Source of the DNA: a virus
Taxonomy: Duplodnaviria > Caudoviricetes
Reading direction: 5' to 3' (one strand)
DNA length: 64,000 nt
Virus record (IMG/VR): IMGVR_UViG_3300032219_002227
Location: 64,001 to 128,000 of that record
Shown here: positions 9,077 to 16,807 of the stretch, one piece after another
Layout of the letters: the number at the start of each line of letters is the position of its first letter
Numbering within the stretch: the first letter of the stretch is position 1
The notes under the pieces: model-generated
What the model was told of the DNA's origin: nothing
The model's database searches: none
What the model saw: the letters and a program-made list of their open reading frames with translations, nothing else
Program-made: the position numbers and the translations under genes

Positions 9077-9481
9077 ATGGCAACAAGATCTTACATCGGA
9101 ATTAGAAACACAGACGCCTCAGTTGATTACATTTATTGTCACTTTGATGGTTATCCAGAACACAACGGTAAAATTCTTAGGGAACATTACTCAAATATTA
9201 ATCGAGTAAACGAGTTATTGAAATTAGGTGATTTGAGTGTGTTGGGACAATTTATTGGTGAGAAAATGGATTTTGATAAGCGAGTTAGAGATACTTGTCT
9301 GGCGTATGGTAGAGATAGAGGTGAATCGAATGTAGATAAAAAGAATGGTGATTATGATAAGTTGATTACCGATCAAAGTGTTGATTATGTGTATGTGTTT
9401 GATGGTGATTATTGGGAGTGCCACAGCACATGGAACCCAGAACTAATTAATTTATACAATATGGAACAACAAAATAGCTAG
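9077..9481 (+). CDS. Conserved phage hypothetical (TRS.IG...YCHFDGYP...YGRDRGE)
   Basis: Motif pattern recognised from large phages. Confidence 0.75.
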   Translation: MATRSYIGIRNTDASVDYIYCHFDGYPEHNGKILREHYSNINRVNELLKLGDLSVLGQFIGEKMDFDKRVRDTCLAYGRDRGESNVDKKNGDYDKLITDQSVDYVYVFDGDYWECHSTWNPELINLYNMEQQNS

Positions 9482-9507
9482 TCATACTTTTAATTTTTAA
9501 TGGTTAC

Positions 9508-9536
9508 GCCTGGGGTTTCTACCCCGGGCTTTTTTT
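9508..9536 (+). terminator. Intrinsic terminator just upstream of the C-free cassette
   Basis: GCCTGGGGT-TTCT-ACCCCGGGC then T7. Confidence 0.8.
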
Positions 9537-9582
9537 CATTATGGCCAAAATTAATTGTTTATATTTATATAAATTAAATTAT

Positions 9583-9774
9583 ATGAGAATATTAGATGGT
9601 AAGGAAATATTAGATTTTGAAGGTATATTTATTGAGTTTAATGATGATGGAGTTGGAATGTTTTTGAGTGAGGATAAAAATTTAGATTTTGGTGAGTATG
9701 AGACTTGTGGTGATAGTGGAGAAGTTGAATTAGAGGGAGGAAGAATAATAAAGTGGGGAATATTATATGTTTAA
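9583..9774 (+). CDS. Acidic 63-aa protein; gene has one C
   Basis: Own promoter 9544-9567; no Ala/Pro/Gln/His, one Thr. Confidence 0.7.
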   Translation: MRILDGKEILDFEGIFIEFNDDGVGMFLSEDKNLDFGEYETCGDSGEVELEGGRIIKWGILYV

Positions 9775-9823
9775 TATTTGTTTTATTAGAATTAATTATG
9801 TATATTTATATAAATTAAAATGT

Positions 9824-10060
9824 ATGATTAAAAGTAATTATGATTTGGTTTTAGAAGTAATTAAGAATTATGAAAGTGAAAGAATATTAAATGATTTTAA
9901 GATTATTTTTATTGAGGGTGAGAATATAAGTAAAGAGGATTTTTGGAATTTTAATTATAAGTATATTGATGATATAAGTGAAGAATATTATATAAAATTA
10001 AATTGGAAGTATATTGAAAGTGAAGGTGATGAAAGTATATTTGATGGAGTTATGTTTTAA
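9824..10060 (+). CDS. Acidic 78-aa protein; gene has no C
   Basis: TATATTTA box at 9801-9808; no Ala/Pro/Gln/His/Thr. Confidence 0.7.
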   Translation: MIKSNYDLVLEVIKNYESERILNDFKIIFIEGENISKEDFWNFNYKYIDDISEEYYIKLNWKYIESEGDESIFDGVMF

Positions 10061-10113
10061 ATTAAATTAAATTAGTCGAAATTAATTTATTATATTTATT
10101 AAAATTATAAGTT

Positions 10114-10305
10114 ATGAAGGTAAAAGAATTAATTAGTTTGTTAAGTGAAATGGATAGTGAATTGGATGTATTAGGTGAATTTGATAGTGATGGTGATGGG
10201 TTTATGATTAAGGTAGAAGTAGTAAATGTAGAGGAGGGGGATGGAATTGATGATGTTAATTATAATGATGATAGAAGGTATTGTATTATTAAATTAGATT
10301 GTTAA
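10114..10305 (+). CDS. Acidic 63-aa protein (MKVKEL... family); gene has no C
   Basis: Promoter GTCG-N12-TATATTTA at 10075-10098. Confidence 0.7.
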   Translation: MKVKELISLLSEMDSELDVLGEFDSDGDGFMIKVEVVNVEEGDGIDDVNYNDDRRYCIIKLDC

Positions 10306-10379
10306 ATTAAAATTAATTAAAAAATATATAGGTGGTCAGAAATGATCACCTACATTTATTAAAATTAAAAATTAAAATT

Positions 10380-10544
10380 ATGGAATTGAATTTAAAGGAT
10401 GTAAATGATCTGTATTATGTAGTAGGTAGAATGATGCAGATAAATAAGAAGGATAGGATGTTTATTAGTGATGAGGAATTAGAAGCATTAAGTGAAAAAC
10501 TGGTTGAATTAATTGAGGTAAAATATGAGGAAGAAAATTATTAA
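10380..10544 (+). CDS. Hypothetical early protein (start moved to 10380)
   Basis: ATG after stem-loop promoter; C-poor. Confidence 0.6.
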   Translation: MELNLKDVNDLYYVVGRMMQINKKDRMFISDEELEALSEKLVELIEVKYEEENY

Positions 10545-10601
10545 ATAAACATAGGTGGCCAGGAATGGTCACCTATATTCAACCTATAAAATTAAAACAA
10601 T

Positions 10602-10790
10602 ATGGAACGTACAATCATTAGAACCAAGTATTTAAACGTATCATTAGTGCCAGGTGTATTATTCGGAGTACTGTATGAAGATCAGGAACTAGGTATAGGT
10701 ATAGGGCCAGTAGCACTAACGATTAAATTATTCAATTTCAATCGTAGACGTAAAGTAACTAAATCCAAGTACGATATAGAGGTATTTTAA
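10602..10790 (+). CDS. Hypothetical early protein
   Basis: ORF after stem-loop promoter. Confidence 0.6.
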   Translation: MERTIIRTKYLNVSLVPGVLFGVLYEDQELGIGIGPVALTIKLFNFNRRRKVTKSKYDIEVF

Positions 10791-10861
10791 GGTTAGTAGT
10801 AATAATAAAACGGAGTGGGGCAAGGCCCCATTCATATATTCAACCTATAAAATTAAAACGT

Positions 10862-10984
10862 ATGACAACATTTGACTTATTCATCCAGAAATTTCAGCTC
10901 GGACTTGCTATTGTAGTTTACTTAGGTGTAATGTTATTGTTTATTGATTCAATATTACCTAAAAAGAGAAAAATAATAAAGTAA
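10862..10984 (+). CDS. 40-aa single-TM peptide (not in ORF track)
   Basis: MTTFDLFIQKFQLGLAIVVYLGVMLLFIDSILPKKRKIIK after its own stem-loop promoter. Confidence 0.55.
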   Translation: MTTFDLFIQKFQLGLAIVVYLGVMLLFIDSILPKKRKIIK

Positions 10985-11032
10985 TAGTAGTCAAAATTAA
11001 ACACGTATATTCATCTTATAAAATTAAAACAT

Positions 11033-11329
11033 ATGACAAAGAAACAATTGTTAGAAAAATTGAACAGCTCAGAAGAATTAGTAAAGATTGCTTACGTACC
11101 AGTTTCTGAAGTAATTAATTGGGTAAATGAATTAGATGAAGCCGATACTGAGGTATTTAGTAATTTGGTAAAGGAAATAGCAAGTGAAATTGCAGACCAA
11201 GGTTTGGATTTGATTGAAGATTATGATTTGGAAATGAATTACAGGGAAGTAGAATTATCAACTGTAACGTTAGATGAGGGTAGGATAGAAAGAGCAATTA
11301 AAACAGCAATTAATAATTCCAGAGATTAA
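11033..11329 (+). CDS. Acidic hypothetical protein, paralog of 3058..3414
   Basis: Shared DL.MNY.EV motif. Confidence 0.7.
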   Translation: MTKKQLLEKLNSSEELVKIAYVPVSEVINWVNELDEADTEVFSNLVKEIASEIADQGLDLIEDYDLEMNYREVELSTVTLDEGRIERAIKTAINNSRD

Positions 11330-11400
11330 AATTAATTGCTAAAAATGGATATGGGTGGCCAGAAACGGCCACCTATATTCATGTTATAAAATTAACACGT

Positions 11401-11724
11401 ATGACACAGTTTCAACAAGCATTAATCGCAGCATCAGAAAGTAAGTTAAACACACCAACCGTAGGTACATCAAGCGGTAACGTTGATTATTTTGGTTACC
11501 AGTTAGCGGTACACAAGTACAATTTAGGGATAATGTCTCTAGGGATGAAATGCCGTAGTATCACATTCACCCAAATTAAAAAGTACTATGGATTGACAGG
11601 TAGGACAGCTAAGGAATGCTTACCTCAAATGGAGCAGCTGATGAAACAGTATAAGGTAGCGCTTCAAGGTTACGGTGATGAAAGTATAGTTGAGGTAATG
11701 GATATGAATTCCAGAACCAATTAA
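11401..11724 (+). CDS. Hypothetical early protein
   Basis: ORF after stem-loop promoter. Confidence 0.65.
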   Translation: MTQFQQALIAASESKLNTPTVGTSSGNVDYFGYQLAVHKYNLGIMSLGMKCRSITFTQIKKYYGLTGRTAKECLPQMEQLMKQYKVALQGYGDESIVEVMDMNSRTN

Positions 11725-11783
11725 AACAAAAACGGGGTGGGCGCAAGCCCATCCCTATATTTAACTCAATAAAATAATAATAT

Positions 11784-11921
11784 ATGAATATGGTTAACGA
11801 AATAATGAGCGAAGCAGGGTTAGCGATAATAACCGCGGTAGCGATATTGATGTATGCAATGATCGCCAAGCCGGAAAGTGATATCACGTTTGATGAGATC
11901 GACCGCGCGAAGCGCGGTTGA
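11784..11921 (+). CDS. 45-aa single-TM peptide (not in ORF track)
   Basis: MNMVNEIMSEAGLAIITAVAILMYAMIAKPESDITFDEIDRAKRG after promoter 11740-11763. Confidence 0.5.
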   Translation: MNMVNEIMSEAGLAIITAVAILMYAMIAKPESDITFDEIDRAKRG

Positions 11922-12060
11922 CGAAAGTGCGAGTGATATCGATACGGTATCGATCGATAGCGATCCGATAGCGATATGATAGCGCACTGCTCCCATCCCA
12001 ACCGCGGTCCATCGACGGCCCGGGAGCGGCCCGGTAAAAAAATGACGTATTCTCGACTCG
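11878..12060. repeat. GC/CpG-rich palindrome and short-repeat island
   Basis: Tandem CGAT units, TAGCGAT repeats, CGGCCCGG x2, inverted repeats 11899-11921 and 11938-11954. Confidence 0.75.
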
Positions 12061-12136
12061 CAACATATCTTTTACCATCGACAATATATACGCATATACT
12101 TTCACATTTTGTCAATATTTATAACAAACATATAAT

Positions 12137-12457
12137 ATGAAACGCATAATTTTAATTTTAAGTATTATTTTTACATTATCGGGTTGTTTATCATATAGAG
12201 AAGTACCTACTAGTTATCGCTCTTTAAGTCCTTTTTATCCATATTTATATGACCCGATATACGATCTTTATCCAAATCCTTACTTATACCAACGCCCACG
12301 TACTATTATTATTACTCCAGCGCCTAGACCTAAAGTTTATTACAAACAAGAACCACGTAGGAATGCATTTGGTCCAACAGCACCACCATCAGCACCACGT
12401 CCACGTCCTCAGCAAGCTCCAATTCGTACGTTCCCAAAACGCGATAACGAAAAATAG
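12137..12457 (+). CDS. Pro/Tyr-rich lipoprotein
   Basis: MKR + hydrophobic stretch + LSGC lipobox; TATTTATA upstream. Confidence 0.7.
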   Translation: MKRIILILSIIFTLSGCLSYREVPTSYRSLSPFYPYLYDPIYDLYPNPYLYQRPRTIIITPAPRPKVYYKQEPRRNAFGPTAPPSAPRPRPQQAPIRTFPKRDNEK

Positions 12458-12521
12458 TTTAAACCCATTTTAACCCACTTTGCAATATTTCAAAGATCTT
12501 TTTTAATAACCTCTTTTATCG

Positions 12522-12695
12522 ATGAAAAAGTATATACAAGACGAAATACTATTAACTAAAGAAGCTATCGCAGAACATATATTAAGACAACGTATCGAAC
12601 AAGCTAACCGCTATGGTCTTACGTTGGAAGAGTTTATGCAAGCCATTGTTGAGGGTAAAACCATTACCCCAATCTCTGGTTCAATATCAAGCTAA
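12522..12695 (+). CDS. 57-aa hypothetical protein (not in ORF track)
   Basis: MKKYIQDEILLTKEAIAEH...SISS*. Confidence 0.5.
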   Translation: MKKYIQDEILLTKEAIAEHILRQRIEQANRYGLTLEEFMQAIVEGKTITPISGSISS

Positions 12696-12742
12696 TATCC
12701 AAAATTTGCCTGTCAAAATAATATAATTAATTTCCAGGTATT

Positions 12743-12967
12743 ATGAAATTAATAACACAAAAAGAAATTAAGGATTATATAGAACTCCCAGATAATGGAG
12801 ATCCATTTCGTATACGACATGCGATTGCGTTTACATTAACTCCTATAGATGATGAACCTGGATGGGAGAAAGTTACATACTATGGATCTAAGTCAGGTCC
12901 TAATTATCAATATATTTCTCATACACAATACGGTACTCGTGTTCGTGTTAATTATAATAAAAAATAA
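12743..12967 (+). CDS. Hypothetical protein
   Basis: ORF. Confidence 0.55.
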   Translation: MKLITQKEIKDYIELPDNGDPFRIRHAIAFTLTPIDDEPGWEKVTYYGSKSGPNYQYISHTQYGTRVRVNYNKK

Positions 12968-12970
12968 GTT

Positions 12971-13156
12971 ATGAAAAAGTTTATTAGTAATTTAGTAATG
13001 ATTATTGGTCATTTATTTTTTGTAGTGATACATTATTTTTCAATTAAAATTAATGGGATAGATTGGTTTCAATTTTTTTCGTTTGCTATTATTCATGGAT
13101 TATGGTATGATTTTTATTTAGATTATTTAAAAAATCGTATATACGGATCGAAGTAG
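12971..13156 (+). CDS. Small membrane protein
   Basis: Two hydrophobic segments. Confidence 0.55.
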   Translation: MKKFISNLVMIIGHLFFVVIHYFSIKINGIDWFQFFSFAIIHGLWYDFYLDYLKNRIYGSK

Positions 13157-13210
13157 TAGAAGTGATAGCCGTAATGCTATGGAGATAGAAATTTAACATA
13201 TTTATCATAG

Positions 13211-13747
13211 ATGGTATTTAAAATTAAAATGGAAGATAAAGCTGCTTTTTTAAATCGTATGAAAGATACGATTAAAAGTAGTCAAATTAAAGATAATGAA
13301 TTAGAAGATTATTTTGAAGTCACATCTAATAATCCTAAACAAATAGAAAATATTGAATTAATTCTAAAACAATCCCCAAAAATTAACACAATAAAAGAAA
13401 TGAAAAATAGACTAACTAGAAGCGAATTAAAAGAAATGGTTCGCCAACAATTGAAAGCTACTTTAGCTGAGAAAAAGAAAGCAGACGATAAAAAAAATAA
13501 AATTGATGAAGAAGTTACTACTGGTGCTGAAATGGCAGCTAAGCAAATGATGGGTGCTATTTCAAGTGGTGATCCATTTTGGACTGGTGTAGCTCTTGTA
13601 GGCGCAGTAGCTACAGGTTTTATTGCTGGCCCTAAAGTTATTCAAACAATTAAAGGTTACTATCAAGCATTAACTCGGAAAGATCCAGCTAAAGCTGAAA
13701 AATTAAAAAATACAGCTGAACAGGAAGGTTTAGATGTAGGAGTATAA
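13211..13747 (+). CDS. Putative virion protein with internal LKEMVRQQL..LAE tag and a hydrophobic helix
   Basis: ORF; late-type box upstream; terminator downstream. Confidence 0.65.
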   Translation: MVFKIKMEDKAAFLNRMKDTIKSSQIKDNELEDYFEVTSNNPKQIENIELILKQSPKINTIKEMKNRLTRSELKEMVRQQLKATLAEKKKADDKKNKIDEEVTTGAEMAAKQMMGAISSGDPFWTGVALVGAVATGFIAGPKVIQTIKGYYQALTRKDPAKAEKLKNTAEQEGLDVGV

Positions 13748-13772
13748 ATTTAACTATTTATTATATTGAAGT

Positions 13773-13804
13773 AGGGTATCTTGAAAAAGATGCCCTATTT
13801 CTTT
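13773..13804 (+). terminator. Probable intrinsic terminator
   Basis: AGGGTATCTT-GAAA-AAGATGCCCT then ATTTCTTT. Confidence 0.65.
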
Positions 13805-13916
13805 GGAAATCCAAATTTTCTTTAGTAACTTATAACTACGAAAGTTAGTTAGTTAGGTTAGAGTAAGAGACGACGAGAAACGTAAAACGTCGTATATTTA
13901 TATATAAACATATATT

Positions 13917-14117
13917 ATGCGTTATAAAAACAATGTATTAGATAAGTTGACACAACTAGAAGCAGCTGCTAATAGAATTCAACTTCAAGTTAATAGAAAT
14001 ATGAGTCAAGAACAAGTTTTAGAATCTGTTGATATGCTGAAAGAACAGATTGAAAAAACTCGTGAACTTATTTCTTTAGAAGGTGATGATTTTGAACAAC
14101 AATTTGCAAACAGATGA
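13917..14117 (+). CDS. Hypothetical coiled-coil protein
   Basis: ORF. Confidence 0.65.
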   Translation: MRYKNNVLDKLTQLEAAANRIQLQVNRNMSQEQVLESVDMLKEQIEKTRELISLEGDDFEQQFANR

Positions 14118-14386
14118 TTTGGGCTTGGATTTTAGGAATACATCTTACTGAGTTAGTTGCTGTTGGTATATTTCTACTTGTTAGACGTAATAATACGCTT
14201 GAGAAGGCTGTTATACAACAACAGCAATATCTTGATGCTATTAGTATTATTATTCAAAACTCTCAACAAAAATTAGATGAACTGGATGAAATGGGAGCTT
14301 TTAGATCTGATGATGAAGTAGGTACTTTCTTTAAAAATCTAAAAGAAATACAAGACATACTTAACGAGTTCAATACTAGAAAATAA
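14114..14386 (+). CDS. Membrane-anchored hypothetical protein upstream of late sigma
   Basis: N-terminal TM, GAFRSDDEVGTFF motif. Confidence 0.7.
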   Translation: MIWAWILGIHLTELVAVGIFLLVRRNNTLEKAVIQQQQYLDAISIIIQNSQQKLDELDEMGAFRSDDEVGTFFKNLKEIQDILNEFNTRK

Positions 14387-14439
14387 TTTGGTTATGTGAT
14401 TTCCTTTTATTATATTGAGATTAAAATTTAGAAATCACT

Positions 14440-15213
14440 ATGTCTTATTTTGATAATTACGGTGCTGATATATTTGCTGATGAGAAGATATCATTAACTA
14501 AACGAGGTCAACCACGTAAACGTAAACCAAAAGAACCTCGTATCTATTTCACCCAGGATACTGAAGATGCTATTGTAGAATATTTAGCTACTGTTGATAC
14601 TTCTGAACGTAATCGTATTTATAACGAGCGTATTGAATATGGCTTTTATAAACTAGCCGAAAATATTATTCATACGTTTAAATTCTATTACACAGATACT
14701 GATACTATTGAAGAGCTAAAACATGAAGTTATTACTTTCCTATTGGAAAAATTACACTTGTATAATCCTTCTAAAGGCAAAGCATTTTCTTACTTTGGCA
14801 CTATCGCCAAACGCTATCTTATTGTATATAATGAAAACAACTACAAGAAACTTCAGGAACGTGCTGATGTGGATGAGTCTGATGAAGATCAGATGCAGTT
14901 ATATGAGAATGATAAAAATTTAGAGAATCTATTTAATGAAAATAATTTCATGGATCAGTATATTCGATATATTGATACTCATATATACAAATTATTTCCT
15001 AAAAAACAAGACGCTCAAACAGCCGATGCAATTGTTGAATTATTTCGTAAACGTGAAACGTTAGAAATATTTAATAAGAAAGCACTATACATTTATATTC
15101 GTGAAATAACAGATGTATCAACACCTCAAATAACTAAAATAATTAAAAAATTAAAAGTAGTATACGTTCAACTATATAATGACTACTATCAACACGGGTA
15201 TATAAGGATTTAA
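14440..15213 (+). CDS. gp55: T4 gp55-like late-transcription sigma factor
   Basis: YF...KLAENIIHTFKF...LLEKLHLYNPSKGKAFSYFGTIAKRY matches gp55 region-2 pattern; precedes structural genes. Confidence 0.75.
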   Translation: MSYFDNYGADIFADEKISLTKRGQPRKRKPKEPRIYFTQDTEDAIVEYLATVDTSERNRIYNERIEYGFYKLAENIIHTFKFYYTDTDTIEELKHEVITFLLEKLHLYNPSKGKAFSYFGTIAKRYLIVYNENNYKKLQERADVDESDEDQMQLYENDKNLENLFNENNFMDQYIRYIDTHIYKLFPKKQDAQTADAIVELFRKRETLEIFNKKALYIYIREITDVSTPQITKIIKKLKVVYVQLYNDYYQHGYIRI

Positions 15214-15242
15214 TTATTTATATTTATACGCAAACACAATTT

Positions 15243-15632
15243 ATGGCTAATTTTGATGATGTTACTATATTCGGTAATACATCACTATCAGACCTGTTTA
15301 AGCAAATACATAGGAATAATAAGGATGTTGATAAACAAATTAACGAATTAATCGATACCCTTAAACCTATTGCTACTTCTAATGCAGGTTCCGCAGTGAT
15401 GTTAATGCCTACTGTTAAAGATTTAATTGATGTTAACGTTAAAAATAACGAACAATTAATTAAAATGGCAGGTATAGCACAACGTGCTACTACTGCTAAT
15501 GCTACTCAAGATACTAGTTTTATCGATATGGATGAAATTAATGCTTTGCTTGAAGAACAAAATATAATTAAAGAGCAAGGACAAAAATTACTTGAACAAG
15601 TTCCGCAACAACAACAACTTGAAAGTAAATGA
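15243..15632 (+). CDS. Hypothetical helical protein (possibly terminase-small-subunit-like)
   Basis: ORF after late box; function is a guess. Confidence 0.6.
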   Translation: MANFDDVTIFGNTSLSDLFKQIHRNNKDVDKQINELIDTLKPIATSNAGSAVMLMPTVKDLIDVNVKNNEQLIKMAGIAQRATTANATQDTSFIDMDEINALLEEQNIIKEQGQKLLEQVPQQQQLESK

Positions 15633-16807
15633 GTATAAAAGTAAGAGATAACTTATCTTCTATAGTCACATCTATAGGAAAAAATAATTATACTTCTCCT
15701 AAAAAAACACAAGTAGGAAGAGTGTACGGTGTAGTTACTACTGAAAATACTCCTACAAAGGAAATGTTTGAAAAAGCTGGAGGATTTGGAGCTATAGGAA
15801 CTATATTTTATTTAGACTATGATATAGCTAAAACTATCACAGGTAGTATAGATGCTTCTTTTCTTGAATCTTGTAAGGTAGCTAAACCTGTATATCCTCA
15901 ATTTCAATGTTATCCCTTACTAGGAGAATTAGTTTATTTAGTAGACTTACCATCATCTGTATCTCAAGTATCAAATTTATCTTCTCAAAAATACTACATT
16001 ACTAGTGTTAATCTCTATAATAATCAACAGCAGAATTCTCAACCAGCAAACAATGATGCTAGTTTAGGTCTTACTTTTTCACAAAACTCTGATATTAGAC
16101 CTTTACTTCCTTTTGAAGGAGATAATATAACATCTGCTCGACAGGGTGCTGCTTTAAGATTTAGTACTACTACTAAATTATATAATGATTTAAATAATTG
16201 GAGTTCTATAGGATCAGAAGATAGTCCTATTACTATATTAACAAATGGATTAGCATATCAAACTGGAAGTCAATATTATGTCGAAAATATAAATAATGAT
16301 CTTTCTTCAATATACCTTACATCAACTCAAAACATTTCTTTAAAAACAGATAAAAATGGAGTTTTAAATAATCTTACTAATCCTTTAAATACATCTGATT
16401 ATTTTGGAGCTCAAATAATTTTTAACAGTGATAGAATCACTATTAATTCTAAAGTAGATGATGTAATGATATTTGCTACTAAAAATATAGAAATTAATAC
16501 TAAAAATATTATTAATTTAAATGCAGATGAGCGTGTTCATTTAAATGCTAATACTATATTTTTAGGACCATATAATAATACTAATACTCTTCAGCCTGTA
16601 TTATTAGGAAATAATACTATAGATTTACTTATACAATTAAATAAAACTTTAACTAGTCTTGCTAGTAGTTTATCTAAAACGGTTAGTACAAAGGAAGGAA
16701 CTCCTATAATATCCTTAAAAAAAGCAGGAACAGAGTTATTTGGAGATATTAAAAAATTGAATAAACTATTAAAAGATATTACTTCTAAAAAAGTATTTAC
16801 AGTATAA
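15629..16807 (+). CDS. Baseplate hub/spike (gp5-like) protein
   Basis: N-terminal OB-like YPLLGELV, beta-helix-like IIFNSDRITINSK...VHLNANTIFLG, PVLLG; upstream of gp25/gp6. Confidence 0.6.
   Translation: MSIKVRDNLSSIVTSIGKNNYTSPKKTQVGRVYGVVTTENTPTKEMFEKAGGFGAIGTIFYLDYDIAKTITGSIDASFLESCKVAKPVYPQFQCYPLLGELVYLVDLPSSVSQVSNLSSQKYYITSVNLYNNQQQNSQPANNDASLGLTFSQNSDIRPLLPFEGDNITSARQGAALRFSTTTKLYNDLNNWSSIGSEDSPITILTNGLAYQTGSQYYVENINNDLSSIYLTSTQNISLKTDKNGVLNNLTNPLNTSDYFGAQIIFNSDRITINSKVDDVMIFATKNIEINTKNIINLNADERVHLNANTIFLGPYNNTNTLQPVLLGNNTIDLLIQLNKTLTSLASSLSKTVSTKEGTPIISLKKAGTELFGDIKKLNKLLKDITSKKVFTV

Noticed and set aside
7900-10380. Similar N-terminal peptides in the ORF track (CFVYL.KLKIM, NDHL..KLK) at 7900, 8198, 8808, 9541, 9767 and 10332
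   Set aside because: They are translations of the repeated promoter/leader DNA; true starts are the downstream ATGs.
577-11763. Repeated intergenic elements as a CRISPR array or integron attC sites
   Set aside because: Repeats are degenerate promoter boxes separated by whole genes; no constant repeat-spacer period and no cas or integrase gene in the window.
11888-11990. Hammerhead-ribozyme-like TGATGA-stem-GAAA arrangement
   Set aside because: Core begins with U not C, the cleavage-site base would be G, and no stem I partner is present; the hairpin is the end of a small ORF.
11609-12115. Minus-strand ORFs of 168 and 73 aa
   Set aside because: They arise from the stop-poor GC island, overlap + strand genes and have no promoter or leader.
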